Shown: one piece after another, positions 27,200 through 36,689 of the stretch | How positions within the stretch are numbered: the stretch's first letter is position 1 | How the letters are laid out: each line of letters opens with the position of its first letter | NCBI GenBank assembly: GCA_029289095.1 | Contig: JARFUG010000002.1 | Coordinates: forward strand, 50,880 to 114,879 | Source of the DNA: Desulfuromonadales bacterium | Lineage (GTDB): Bacteria; Desulfobacterota; Desulfuromonadia; Desulfuromonadales; JACZKF01 | Direction of reading: 5' to 3' | DNA: 64,000 nucleotides | Notes under the pieces: model-generated | What the model was told of the DNA's origin: nothing | Databases searched by the model: none | What the model saw: the letters and a program-made list of their open reading frames with translations, nothing else | Translations under genes and position numbers: made by a program

Positions 27200-30100
27200 A
27201 TGTTTCTCCCCGAGATCTCCATCAAGCGTCCTGTCACCGCCACGATGCTGGTGATGGCCCTCGTCATCTTCGGCCTTATCGGCCTGTCGCGTCTCGGCGT
27301 CTCTCTGTACCCCGACATCGACGATCCGGTGGTGACGGTGACGACCGTCTGGCAGAACGCCCGCCCCGAGGAGGTTGACAACGAAATCACCGACATCCTC
27401 GAGGACGCCGTGAGCGGGGTGAGCGGGATCAAGCACATCGCCTCCCAGAGCATGGAGGGGCGCTCGCGCATCGCCGTCACCTTCGAGTTGACCAAGGACA
27501 TCGACGTGGCGGCGCAGGAGGTGCGCGACAAGGTCTCGGCGCGCCTGCGCCGTCTCCCCGGCAATGCCGATGTGCCGGTGGTCGACAAGCTCGACATCAA
27601 CGCCCAGCCGATCATGTGGCTCGCCGTGACGGGGCAGAGGGCCATCGAGGATCTGACCTATATCGCCGATGTGCAGATCCGCCCCCTGCTGCAGAAGATC
27701 GAGGGGGTCGGCGAGGTGAGCGTCGGCGGAGGACGCGAAAAGCAGATCCATATCCGCCTGATGCGCGAGCGTCTGGCCGCCTACGGCATCGGCGTCGACG
27801 AGGTGATTCGCGCCATCCGCAGCCAGCACATGGAGATCCCCGGCGGAAAAATCGATTCGGGGGAAAAGGAATTCTTGATCCGCACCGTCGGCGAATTCGA
27901 GACGGCCGAGGCTTTCGCCGACCTGATCGTCACGCATCGCGACGGCGTCCCCATTCGCCTGGGGCTTCTGGGCGCCGTGGAGTCGGGACGCTCCGAAGAG
28001 CGACCCGCCGGACGCTTCACCCGCCAGGACGACGTCTTTCGCACCGCCGCCCTGCGCATCACGCCGCGCTCGGGGGCCAACGAGGTCGCCATCGCCCGCG
28101 CCGTCAAGAGGGACCTCCCCGAGATCCGCAGGCTCCTGCCCGACGGGGTGAACCTGCACATCGCCACCGACACGACCCGCTTCATCGAGCAGTCGATCCG
28201 CGAGATCCGATGGCAGCTCGTCTTCGGCGGCATCGCGGCCGCCCTGGTGATCCTTCTTTTTCTGCAGAACATCCGCACCACCGTCATCAGCGCCGTGGCG
28301 ATCCCGACTTCCATCATCGCCACCTTCGCCTGCCTCTATACCCTCGGCTTCACCATGAACAACATGACGATGCTCGGGCTCGTCATGGCCGTCGGCCTCG
28401 TCATCGACGACGCCATCGTAATGGTGGAGAACATCTATCGGCACCGAACTCTCGGCAAGGGGCCGATGCAGGCGGCCTTCGAGGGCTCGAGCGAGATCGC
28501 CTTCGCCATCATCGCCACGAGCCTCGTTCTGGCCGGGGTCTTTCTCCCCGTCGCCTTCATGGGCGGGGTGGTGGGGCGCTTCTTTTTCGAGTTCGCCGTG
28601 ACGGTCGCCTTCGCCGTGGCCTGCTCCACCTTCGTGGCGCTGACCGTCGTGCCGATGCTCAGCTCGCGCTTTCTCAAGCCCGGCTCGCCGAACCTTCAGG
28701 TCTTTCGCATCTTCGACCGGGGGATGGAGCACGCATCGAACTTCTACCGCAGCAGCATGCGCCTGATCCTTCGCCGCAAGGGGGTGATGGTTCTGCTGGC
28801 GGGGGCTGCCCTGGGGGGAGGGGTCTGGCTCTACTCCCTCCTCGGGCAGGAGCTCGTGACGCAGGAGGATCAGAGCCGCTTCGTCGTGCGCATCCAGACC
28901 CCCCTGGCCTATTCCATCGACAAGACCGACGAGGTGCTGCAGAGGGTGGAGGCGCGCCTGCGCGAGATCCCGGAGGTGAGCCACTTCTTCTCCTTCGCCG
29001 GCTGGGGAGGGGCGCACCGGGCCAGCGCCTTCGTCACCCTCGTTCCCAAAGAGGAGCGGCGGCGCAGCCAGCAGGAGATCCAGAGCGAGATTCGCGCCTT
29101 TTTACGCCAGCTCCCCGACGTGCGCGGCAACGCCACGGCGATCTCCCCCCTGGGTGGCGGGCAGCGCAGCGAGGATATCCAGTTCGTCATCCAGGGGCCG
29201 GACATCGCCGTTCTCGACAACGTCTCCAACCGGCTCATGACGCGCCTGGAGGAGACGGCGGGCTATTCGGGCGTCTCGCGCGACCTGGAGATCGGCAAAC
29301 CGGAGGTGCGCGTGCACATCGATCGCGAGAAGGCGGCCGAAGCCGGGGTGAGCGTCGAGGACATCGCCTCCACCGTCGGGGCGCTTCTGGGGGGGATCGA
29401 CGTCGCCACCTTCCGCGAAGGGGGAAAGAGCTACGACGTGCGGTTGCGCCTGTTGGCCGAACAGCGCTCCCTGCCCGGCGACGTGCAGCGAATCTTTGTG
29501 CGCGGCGCCAGGGGCGAACTCCTCGACATCAGCAGCTTCATCTCACTTGAAGAAGGGGTCGGACCGAGCGTCGTCAATCGCCTCGATCGCCAGCGCTCGG
29601 CCACCGTCTACGCGACTCTCGAGGGGGGAAAACTCCTCGGCGCGGCGATGCCCGAGGTGCGCCGCCTCGCCGCCGACATCCTCCCCGAGGGGTATTCCTC
29701 CCGGTTCTCCGGCAGCGCCGAGACGCTGGGAGAGACCGGAAAATACGTCGCCTTCGCCTTTCTGCTCGCCGTCGTTCTCACCTACATGGTGCTGGCGGCG
29801 CAGTTCGAAAGCTTCACTCACCCGATGGCGATCATGATGGGGCTCCCCCTTTCCTTCATCGGCGCCTTCGGCCTGCTTCTGCTCCTCGGCAACACCCTCA
29901 ATCTCTATTCGATGATCGGACTGGTGCTATTGATCGGATTGGCGACAAAGAACGGCATCCTCCTCATCGACTACACCAACCAGCTTCGACGCCGCGGGTT
30001 GAGCGTCGAGGAGGCCCTCATCGAAGCAGGGGCCACGCGTCTGCGCCCCATCCTGATGACCGCGATCTCCACCATCGCCGGGGTTCTCCCGGTCGCCCTC

Positions 30101-30307
30101 GGCTTCGGCGAGGGGAGCGAGAGCCGCCAGCCGATGGCCGTGGCAATCTCCGGCGGGCTTTTTTCGTCGACCCTTCTCACGCTGGCGGTGGTGCCGGTGA
30201 TTTACGCCTACCTCGACCAATTCAGCCAATGGCATGTCTTCGAGAAGATTAAAGGATGGGCCTTGGCGAGGGAAGAGGCCCCCGAGGCGGGCAAGGGTGA
30301 AGTATGA
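27200..30307 (+). CDS. RND family efflux transporter permease (AcrB/HAE-like)
   Basis: 1035 aa and recognisable as AcrB-like throughout. It starts 4 nt after the adaptor gene. Confidence 0.95.
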   Translation: MFLPEISIKRPVTATMLVMALVIFGLIGLSRLGVSLYPDIDDPVVTVTTVWQNARPEEVDNEITDILEDAVSGVSGIKHIASQSMEGRSRIAVTFELTKDIDVAAQEVRDKVSARLRRLPGNADVPVVDKLDINAQPIMWLAVTGQRAIEDLTYIADVQIRPLLQKIEGVGEVSVGGGREKQIHIRLMRERLAAYGIGVDEVIRAIRSQHMEIPGGKIDSGEKEFLIRTVGEFETAEAFADLIVTHRDGVPIRLGLLGAVESGRSEERPAGRFTRQDDVFRTAALRITPRSGANEVAIARAVKRDLPEIRRLLPDGVNLHIATDTTRFIEQSIREIRWQLVFGGIAAALVILLFLQNIRTTVISAVAIPTSIIATFACLYTLGFTMNNMTMLGLVMAVGLVIDDAIVMVENIYRHRTLGKGPMQAAFEGSSEIAFAIIATSLVLAGVFLPVAFMGGVVGRFFFEFAVTVAFAVACSTFVALTVVPMLSSRFLKPGSPNLQVFRIFDRGMEHASNFYRSSMRLILRRKGVMVLLAGAALGGGVWLYSLLGQELVTQEDQSRFVVRIQTPLAYSIDKTDEVLQRVEARLREIPEVSHFFSFAGWGGAHRASAFVTLVPKEERRRSQQEIQSEIRAFLRQLPDVRGNATAISPLGGGQRSEDIQFVIQGPDIAVLDNVSNRLMTRLEETAGYSGVSRDLEIGKPEVRVHIDREKAAEAGVSVEDIASTVGALLGGIDVATFREGGKSYDVRLRLLAEQRSLPGDVQRIFVRGARGELLDISSFISLEEGVGPSVVNRLDRQRSATVYATLEGGKLLGAAMPEVRRLAADILPEGYSSRFSGSAETLGETGKYVAFAFLLAVVLTYMVLAAQFESFTHPMAIMMGLPLSFIGAFGLLLLLGNTLNLYSMIGLVLLIGLATKNGILLIDYTNQLRRRGLSVEEALIEAGATRLRPILMTAISTIAGVLPVALGFGEGSESRQPMAVAISGGLFSSTLLTLAVVPVIYAYLDQFSQWHVFEKIKGWALAREEAPEAGKGEV

Positions 30308-30363
30308 ATGCGTTTCTGCGCCACTTTTCTTCGTGTCCGACCCCTGAAAAGACGTCGTGCTTC

Positions 30364-30393
30364 TTGACAAAGAGGCGGTGAGTCCCATAAAGT
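30364..30393 (+). promoter_or_regulatory. Sigma-70-like promoter candidate for the three-gene ATP-grasp module
   Basis: TTGACA (30364-30369), an 18-nt spacer, then TAAAGT (30388-30393). It lies about 30 nt upstream of ATG 30424. Confidence 0.4.
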
Positions 30394-30423
30394 GCACACT
30401 GCCCTCGCTCACAAACTAATTAA

Positions 30424-31263
30424 ATGATACTAAATATCACGTTGAAATCGATCCCGCTGCTGCTGGTGATTCTTCTCTCCTCAGCCTGCGCTCCAGGTCA
30501 TTTTCTCGTCAGGGAAGCCGATCTTCACCGACTCGAACTGCGCCTGCAGGAGCAGGAGGAGAGTCTTCTGCGCCTGTCGGAGCAACAGATAGCTCATCAA
30601 GACGCACTGCTCGATTCTCACTATTCAGCACTGGAAACCCGGTTCGAGACGCTTTTTCATCTGCAGAGCATTGCCGCGCAGCAGAGTGAACTGGCGGAGC
30701 ATCACAAGAGACTGGAGCAATTCGTCCGCACCCGCCTCCCCTCCCGAAATTCGGAACCGGAACAAAGCAACACCAGAAAGCCCTCGTTTGTTGCGGCGCC
30801 GGACGATAAACAGGTGATCGGCGCCGTGGAAAAGGTCTTTCTCTCACCGCCGGGAGCCCTTTTGCCGGCCCGTGTCGATACCGGCGCCACCACTTCATCG
30901 CTTGACGCCCGAGATATCGAGCACTTCGAACGCAACGGCGAACGCTGGGTGCGATTTTCCATGTTCAATCCCGAGGACAACTCGGAACTCGTTCTGGAAT
31001 GCCGTCTGGTTCGCAAGGTGCGCATCGTTCAGGCGGCGGCCGAAGAGGCCGAGCGGCGCCCAGTGGTGGAACTGGGGATCACGGTGGGAAGGTCGACCCA
31101 GACGGCCCAATTCACCCTCTCCGACCGTCGTCACCTCGAATATCCGGTGCTGATCGGCCGCAATGTCCTGATGGACATCATGGTGGTCGATGTGAGCCGC
31201 TCCCACATCGCGCCTCCCCTCCTTCCCTCCGACCCCGATCTCGACCTGCCGCAGACCCCATGA
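30424..31263 (+). CDS. Lipoprotein with a coiled-coil N-region and a C-terminal retropepsin-like (RimB/'ATP-dependent zinc protease' family) aspartic peptidase domain
   Basis: 279 aa. The signal ends LLSSAC and is followed by a heptad-rich QEQEESLLRLSEQQ region. The C-terminal domain carries ARVDTGATTSSLDA, WVRF and YPVLIGRNVL. Confidence 0.75.
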   Translation: MILNITLKSIPLLLVILLSSACAPGHFLVREADLHRLELRLQEQEESLLRLSEQQIAHQDALLDSHYSALETRFETLFHLQSIAAQQSELAEHHKRLEQFVRTRLPSRNSEPEQSNTRKPSFVAAPDDKQVIGAVEKVFLSPPGALLPARVDTGATTSSLDARDIEHFERNGERWVRFSMFNPEDNSELVLECRLVRKVRIVQAAAEEAERRPVVELGITVGRSTQTAQFTLSDRRHLEYPVLIGRNVLMDIMVVDVSRSHIAPPLLPSDPDLDLPQTP

Positions 31264-32780
31264 CGTCCAGGATCTTCTTTTACGCCATCGTCTGTACGCT
31301 CATCGTGACCGGAATCAGCATCGCCTGGCTCCGGCACACGCATGCGCACATCCCCTTCCTCCCCGGGTTGCAGTCGCAGGTCTGGCTGGTGGAGGCGCGC
31401 ATCGACTTCACGGCGCTGGGTGCGCCGGTGACTGTCAGCCTCGACATCCCCGACGATCCGCCCGGATTCCAGATCTTCGCCGAGCAGACGGCATCGCCCG
31501 GCTACGGCTTTTCCATCCTGGACGCCAATGACAATCGCCGCGGCGAGTGGTCGATCCGCAGCGCGAGCGGACCCCAGACGCTGTATTACAAGGCCCAGAT
31601 CGTCCCCCAGCGCACCCCGTTGACGGCGCCCGGGGACGCAGCCCGACCGGGGGCGGCGGTGGTTCACTGGGATGCGTCCGAAGCGCTGGCGGCCCGCCAG
31701 ATCCTCGCTGCGGCCCGAGCCACTTCCAGCAATCACGCGAGCATGACCCGGGAGGTCATTAAACTCGTGGCGACTCCCGCTCCTGGGCAGAATGCCGCGC
31801 TGCTCCTGACCGAAACGCCTCTTGTCCCCCTGCTCGAGAAGCTTCTCAACTACGCGGGCATACCGACGCGCATCGTGCTGGGGCTTCACCTGGAGGACGG
31901 CCGGCGCAACCAGCAGCTCGTGCCGTTGCTTGAAGTCTTCGCCGGCGACCGCTGGGTCCATTTCGACCCCCGGACCGGCCGGCAGGGGATCCCCGACGAT
32001 TTTCTCCTGTGGAATCAGGACGGGCGCTCGCTCCTCGACGTAAGCGGCGGTCGAAACTCCCAGGTGCGCTTTGCCATGATGAACCAGAGCATCCCTGCGG
32101 TGCAGCTCGCCAAGACCACCATGGAGGAGTCGAGTTTCGCCTTCTTCGGCGTTCACAGGCTCCCCGTCGAGGAGCAGAACATGCTCAGGATGGTGCTGCT
32201 GCTGCCGCTGGGAGCGCTGGTCGTCGTCTTCATGCGGATCATGATCGGAGTGCAGACCTCGGGGACCTTCATGCCGATCCTGATCGCCCTCTCCTTTCTG
32301 CAGACGGCCCTCTTTCCGGGACTGGTGAGCTTCATCTCCATCGTCGCCTTCGGCCTGCTCCTTCGCGGGTATCTTTCGCGCCTGAATCTCCTTCTGGTGG
32401 CGCGCATCGCCACCATCGTCATCATCGTCATCTCCGTGATCCTCTTCTCCAGCCTGCTGGGATACCAACTCGGCTTCAACACGGGGATGACGGTCACCTT
32501 CTTCCCCATCATCATCATCGCCTGGACCATCGAACGCATGTCGATCCTCTGGGAAGACGAGGGGCCGCGGGAAGTCCTCGTCCAGGGAGGAGGCAGCCTT
32601 CTGGTCGCGGTTATGGCCTACCTGCTGATGGCGTGGCCGGTGACGGCGCACCTGAGCTTTCACTTCCCCGAGACCAACCTCATCATCCTGGCGCTGATCC
32701 TGATCATGGGCAACTACACCGGCTACAAGCTCTCGGAGCTGCGCCGTTTTCGCGCCATGCGCCTGAAGTGGCTGCCATGA
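31260..32780 (+). CDS. Inactive-transglutaminase domain fused to a 7-TM domain (UUP1/7TM_transglut-type membrane protein)
   Basis: Its ATG at 31260 overlaps the upstream stop (ATGA). There is one N-terminal TM helix and a periplasmic domain with no Cys-His-Asp triad evident to me. Seven hydrophobic segments follow (GVQTSGTFMPILIALSF...). Confidence 0.7.
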   Translation: MTSRIFFYAIVCTLIVTGISIAWLRHTHAHIPFLPGLQSQVWLVEARIDFTALGAPVTVSLDIPDDPPGFQIFAEQTASPGYGFSILDANDNRRGEWSIRSASGPQTLYYKAQIVPQRTPLTAPGDAARPGAAVVHWDASEALAARQILAAARATSSNHASMTREVIKLVATPAPGQNAALLLTETPLVPLLEKLLNYAGIPTRIVLGLHLEDGRRNQQLVPLLEVFAGDRWVHFDPRTGRQGIPDDFLLWNQDGRSLLDVSGGRNSQVRFAMMNQSIPAVQLAKTTMEESSFAFFGVHRLPVEEQNMLRMVLLLPLGALVVVFMRIMIGVQTSGTFMPILIALSFLQTALFPGLVSFISIVAFGLLLRGYLSRLNLLLVARIATIVIIVISVILFSSLLGYQLGFNTGMTVTFFPIIIIAWTIERMSILWEDEGPREVLVQGGGSLLVAVMAYLLMAWPVTAHLSFHFPETNLIILALILIMGNYTGYKLSELRRFRAMRLKWLP

Positions 32781-33787
32781 AGCGGTTCATCGGCGCATTC
32801 CGGCTGAAAAAGCTCGGCCTCCTGGGAATGAACTGCCGAAACATCGACTTCATCGGCCGCTACAACCAGCGCAGCCTCTATCCTCTCGTTGACGACAAGC
32901 TCAAAACGAAGCGCCTTGCCAGGCGGCACGGCATCCCCGTTCCCCGCCTTCGCTTCGTGGTGCGCGAACAACACCAGATCAGAGATATCGAACGCCGCCT
33001 GAGCGCTGCGGGGGGATTTGCCGTCAAGCCGGCCAAAGGGTCTGGAGGAAGGGGGATTCTGGTAATTGTGGAGCGCTCTGGAGAGCACTTCGTCAAGGCG
33101 TCCGGGGCCAGGCTGACCCTGGGCGATCTCAAGCGCCACATGTCCAACATCCTGGCTGGGCTCTATTCGCTGGCCGGAACGCCCGACGTCGCCATCGTCG
33201 AGGAGCTAATCCAGTTCGACGCGCGTTTCCAGGGGTTTTCCCACGAAGGCGTTCCCGACATCCGCATCATCGTCTTTCAAGGGTATCCGGTCATGGCGAT
33301 GCTGCGCCTGGCGACCCACGCATCGGACGGCAAGGCCAACCTCCACCAGGGGGCGGTGGGCGTTGGACTCGACATCTCCACCGGCAGGTGCCTGAACGCG
33401 GTGCAGTTCTCACGCACATTGAGCATCCATCCGGACACCGGCCAGGCCTTCGACCAGATCCGTCTCCCCGACTGGCCCGGAATCCTTCATCTGGCCTCTC
33501 GTTGCTATGAGATGACGGGGCTCGGGTATCTCGGAACGGACATCGTTCTGGACAGGGAGCAAGGTCCTTTGCTGCTGGAACTCAACGCGCGGCCCGGCCT
33601 CTCCATCCAGATCGCCAACGATCAGGGATTGCTGCCGCGCCTTCGCCACATCGAAAAGGTGGCAAAAGCAAAGAGGCACGCTTCGCCCGAAGATCGGGTG
33701 CGATACGCCATGGAGACGTTCGGGGAGCCCGGATCGATCGATACCCGCCCCGAGCTCCCTTTTCGGACAGCCGAAGTCCGCGGCTGA
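32777..33787 (+). CDS. Alpha-L-glutamate-ligase-like (RimK-related) ATP-grasp enzyme
   Basis: Its ATG at 32777 overlaps the upstream stop (ATGA). It has LGMNCRNIDFIGRYNQRSLYPLVDDKLKTKRLA, KPAKGSGGRGI and LLELNARPGLSIQ. Confidence 0.8.
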   Translation: MKRFIGAFRLKKLGLLGMNCRNIDFIGRYNQRSLYPLVDDKLKTKRLARRHGIPVPRLRFVVREQHQIRDIERRLSAAGGFAVKPAKGSGGRGILVIVERSGEHFVKASGARLTLGDLKRHMSNILAGLYSLAGTPDVAIVEELIQFDARFQGFSHEGVPDIRIIVFQGYPVMAMLRLATHASDGKANLHQGAVGVGLDISTGRCLNAVQFSRTLSIHPDTGQAFDQIRLPDWPGILHLASRCYEMTGLGYLGTDIVLDREQGPLLLELNARPGLSIQIANDQGLLPRLRHIEKVAKAKRHASPEDRVRYAMETFGEPGSIDTRPELPFRTAEVRG

Positions 33788-33885
33788 GCCGCTCATAAAA
33801 AGGTGACGTGATCAGGTAAAAGAATGTGTTGACATCTCCGGCGAAATCATTTAGTCTCTCTTTCGTGGTGACGAGTTCACCACTT

Positions 33886-33929
33886 GGGCCATATCCTCCC
33901 CCCCCCTCCGGATATGGCCCTTTTTATTT
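33886..33929 (+). terminator. Rho-independent terminator
   Basis: GGGCCATATCC, a 13-nt C-rich loop, GGATATGGCCC, then TTTTTATTT. It is preceded by a second hairpin GTGGTGA-cgagt-TCACCAC at 33865-33883. Confidence 0.8.
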
Positions 33930-33968
33930 GTCCTGCATTCGGGATAACGCCGCCGCCCCTCTTCGAAC

Positions 33969-34175
33969 GTGCAAGCCATGGACGAACAAGCGATTATTGA
34001 TGGCCTGAAGACGATCTGCTACTGCAAGGGGATTCCGAAGAAGGTCTTCCTGAGGCACATTGCCGCCGGCGCATCGACAGTGGAAGACCTTAAAGCGCTC
34101 ACGGGAGCGGGGAGCGGCGCCTGCCTCGGACGGCGCTGCACCTCCCGCATCGAAGATCTGCTCAAGAAAAGCTGA
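33969..34175 (+). CDS. Small BFD-like [2Fe-2S]-binding domain protein
   Basis: 68 aa with the Cys pattern CYC...(31)...C-x4-C and the layout TVEDLKALTGAGSGAC. The start could instead be ATG 33978. Confidence 0.55.
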   Translation: MQAMDEQAIIDGLKTICYCKGIPKKVFLRHIAAGASTVEDLKALTGAGSGACLGRRCTSRIEDLLKKS

Positions 34176-34211
34176 AGACCTCGGGTCAAGAATCGGTCAT
34201 TCAAGGAGAAA

Positions 34212-34245
34212 GGGCGCAGCGCCGTTCGGTGCTGCGCCCTTTTTC
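34212..34245. terminator. Bidirectional terminator between convergent genes
   Basis: GGGCGCAGC-gccgttcggt-GCTGCGCCC flanked by A-rich sequence on the left and TTTTT on the right. Confidence 0.75.
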
Positions 34246-34265
34246 TATCCGTCGCACCCTTTGCA

Positions 34266-35153
34266 TTACGAGAGGGAGATGGGGCGAAGCGCTGCCGGCA
34301 CCTGCGCCTCGCAAGGGATCCTGACCTGGCACAGGCCGCAGGGGGTGGCGCCGGTGCCGTATCGTTTTGTTGCCCACGGGGCGGTTACCTCGCGAATGTA
34401 GCGGCGGCATGCAACCTTGTCGTGACCGGCGGCGGTGCTGATAGCGCCGACGGGGCAACGCAGGGCGCAGGCGCCGCACACCCCCTTTGCATACCACAGG
34501 CACCAGGCATGGTGGTCATCGCCGTAGGAACGTGCGCTGACGGGCAGCGCAATGCGGGAGACGACCGATCCGAAGCGCACCGCCTTGCCCCATGGGGTGA
34601 TCAGTCCGTCCGACAGCCCGAAGGTTCCTAGCCCCGCTACGAAGGCCGCATGGCGCTCGGACCAGTTCGAAGCGATGCCGAAACGTTCGGAGTGCCGGTA
34701 ATCGAACCCGGGCAGACGCTCGGGAGCCACGGAAGGATGCCCCATGGCGGTGAGGGCCGCTGCAAGGTGCAGGCGAAGCTCGCAGTTGAACTGCTCGCCG
34801 TAGAAGCGCGAGCGCGCCCACCGTTCTGCGGGCATTTGCTTCTCCTGCCGCTGCTCGGCGCGGGTTGCAGGCGTCTGGGGCAAAACGTAGCTGATGACCC
34901 GCAGTTCGGAAGAGGACGCAGGATCGTCGGGAAACGCCAAGGCGAAGGCCTCCTCCGGCGTCCAGAAGAAAGGACCGATCATCTCCTTGAAGCGAGAAAA
35001 GAAAGGATCATCCGCCGCGGCGACGCCGACATGAGGCTCAGCCCAGGCTTTCTCGTCGCCACCGGGGTAAAGCCTGTTGCGCGGGTCGGCGGCCCAGAAG
35101 TCTTCGATGATCTTCTTCACGTCCCCGACGCTCGGAACAGCGACCGATTGCAT
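34266..35153 (-). CDS. QueG/reductive-dehalogenase-superfamily 4Fe-4S protein (epoxyqueuosine-reductase-like)
   Basis: 295 aa. Its C-terminal Cys clusters are CGACALRCPVGAI and CGLCQVRIPC. I assign it at family level only. Confidence 0.55.
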   Translation of the reverse strand: MQSVAVPSVGDVKKIIEDFWAADPRNRLYPGGDEKAWAEPHVGVAAADDPFFSRFKEMIGPFFWTPEEAFALAFPDDPASSSELRVISYVLPQTPATRAEQRQEKQMPAERWARSRFYGEQFNCELRLHLAAALTAMGHPSVAPERLPGFDYRHSERFGIASNWSERHAAFVAGLGTFGLSDGLITPWGKAVRFGSVVSRIALPVSARSYGDDHHAWCLWYAKGVCGACALRCPVGAISTAAGHDKVACRRYIREVTAPWATKRYGTGATPCGLCQVRIPCEAQVPAALRPISLS

Positions 35154-35252
35154 CTTGTTATCCTTTCAACCGCGCCTTCCTGCAGCGGCTCTGTTTTGCC
35201 TTGAAGTATAACGCGAAGAGGTGGAAAATGCCCGGGAAAGGATGCCCGGACA

Positions 35253-36689
35253 ATGATACGATGGTTCACCAAAGGATACGAGCGTTTGCTTCTGGGTCTG
35301 TTCGCCTTTGTTCCATTGTGGGGCATCGTTTACCTGCAGCGTTTCCAGGATCCGACCTTACGGCATGAAAGTCATTCCTTCCATGAGATCGCCGTCGGCA
35401 TCGCGATCCTCCTGGGCGGACTTGTCGCCGTCGTCACCTGGCGCTGTTATCAAGCATCGGGCGAGACGTTTTTGTACTGGCTGGCTCTGGGATTTCTCGG
35501 CTTCACCCTGATTTATCTCCCGCACGGCCTCTTCACCCGATTCACCCACCACAACATCTGGTTTTTCCTCCTCTACGGCCCGGCGTCGCGGCTCGTCATG
35601 AGCGGGCTGCTGTTCAAGGGGCTCCTCACCTACGGCCGTCCCCCCGAGCCCCCCGAGAGGCGAAAAGGTTGGCGATCCCTGCTCGCCTGGGTGATGTTTT
35701 TCGTGCTGGCCGATCTGGCCGTCGGCCTCGTTGCCTGGTCGCCAATCGCCGCAAACCCTCTGGTGCGAATGAGCATGGAAGGCGGAGCCCTTCTGCTGGC
35801 GATGGCCGGAGTCGCCGTGCTGCTGGCGCGCAGGATCGGGGCGCCTCTGATGACGATCTACGCCATCTCTCTGTTGATTTTTTCCCAGGCTTCCATTGCA
35901 TTTCTTCTTGGGCACCCATGGAATCACCAGTGGTGGCTTGCCCACCTCGTGTTCGCCTGGGGATTTCTCCTTCTGAGTTTCGGTGTCGTCAGGGCCTTCC
36001 ATTCTACGCGCTCCTTCTCCGCGGTTTACAGCCAGGAGGAAATGATGGCGCAGCTCACCCAGGCGAAGGAGCAGACGGATATCGCCCTGGCACAGCTTCA
36101 ACACGCCAACCGGGAACTGCAGAGACTGGCCGCCACAGATCCTCTGACCGGGGCCGCCAACCGGCGTCACTTTCGCGATCAGGCCCAGGTAGAGATCAGC
36201 CGGGCGAAAAGACACCATCTGCCGCTCTCTGTGCTGGCCATGGACCTGGACCACTTCAAATCGATCAATGATCGTTACGGACACCCCGCCGGGGACGAAA
36301 TACTGAAGACCTTTGTAACAGAGGTCAAAGATGTCTTGCGGCCGGGGGACCTCGTCGGGCGATTCGGCGGCGAAGAATTCATGGTCCTGCTCCCCGGTTC
36401 GACGGAGGAAGCGGCCGCCGGCGTCGCAGAGCGGTTGCGACGAGTGGTTGAGCAGATGCGGGTTGCGGTCGACGGGGATCTTCTCCAGGTCACGGTCTCC
36501 ATCGGGGTGGCCCGTCATGGTCTGGACGGCGACGCTCCCGAGGATTTGTTCAAGGTCGCAGACGAGCGGCTCTACCAGGCCAAGATGAGAGGCCGCAACC
36601 AGGTGGTCGGATTGGTTGACGCCGGTAGATCCGCAACATGGCATTCCGAAATCCTCCGTTCGATGGAGGTTTCAAGTCCGGCGGATTGA
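35253..36689 (+). CDS. Membrane-bound diguanylate cyclase (GGDEF) with an I-site
   Basis: 478 aa with about 8 N-terminal TM segments and a coiled coil. It then has RPGD-LVGRF-GGEEF, which is an RxxD I-site 5 residues before an intact GGEEF. Confidence 0.9.
   Translation: MIRWFTKGYERLLLGLFAFVPLWGIVYLQRFQDPTLRHESHSFHEIAVGIAILLGGLVAVVTWRCYQASGETFLYWLALGFLGFTLIYLPHGLFTRFTHHNIWFFLLYGPASRLVMSGLLFKGLLTYGRPPEPPERRKGWRSLLAWVMFFVLADLAVGLVAWSPIAANPLVRMSMEGGALLLAMAGVAVLLARRIGAPLMTIYAISLLIFSQASIAFLLGHPWNHQWWLAHLVFAWGFLLLSFGVVRAFHSTRSFSAVYSQEEMMAQLTQAKEQTDIALAQLQHANRELQRLAATDPLTGAANRRHFRDQAQVEISRAKRHHLPLSVLAMDLDHFKSINDRYGHPAGDEILKTFVTEVKDVLRPGDLVGRFGGEEFMVLLPGSTEEAAAGVAERLRRVVEQMRVAVDGDLLQVTVSIGVARHGLDGDAPEDLFKVADERLYQAKMRGRNQVVGLVDAGRSATWHSEILRSMEVSSPAD

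Noticed and set aside
26738-29017. A 759-aa minus-strand ORF opposite the RND adaptor and pump genes.
   Set aside because: The plus strand encodes canonical MFP and AcrB-like proteins. The antisense product is biased toward H, G, D, R and A and has no domain signature.
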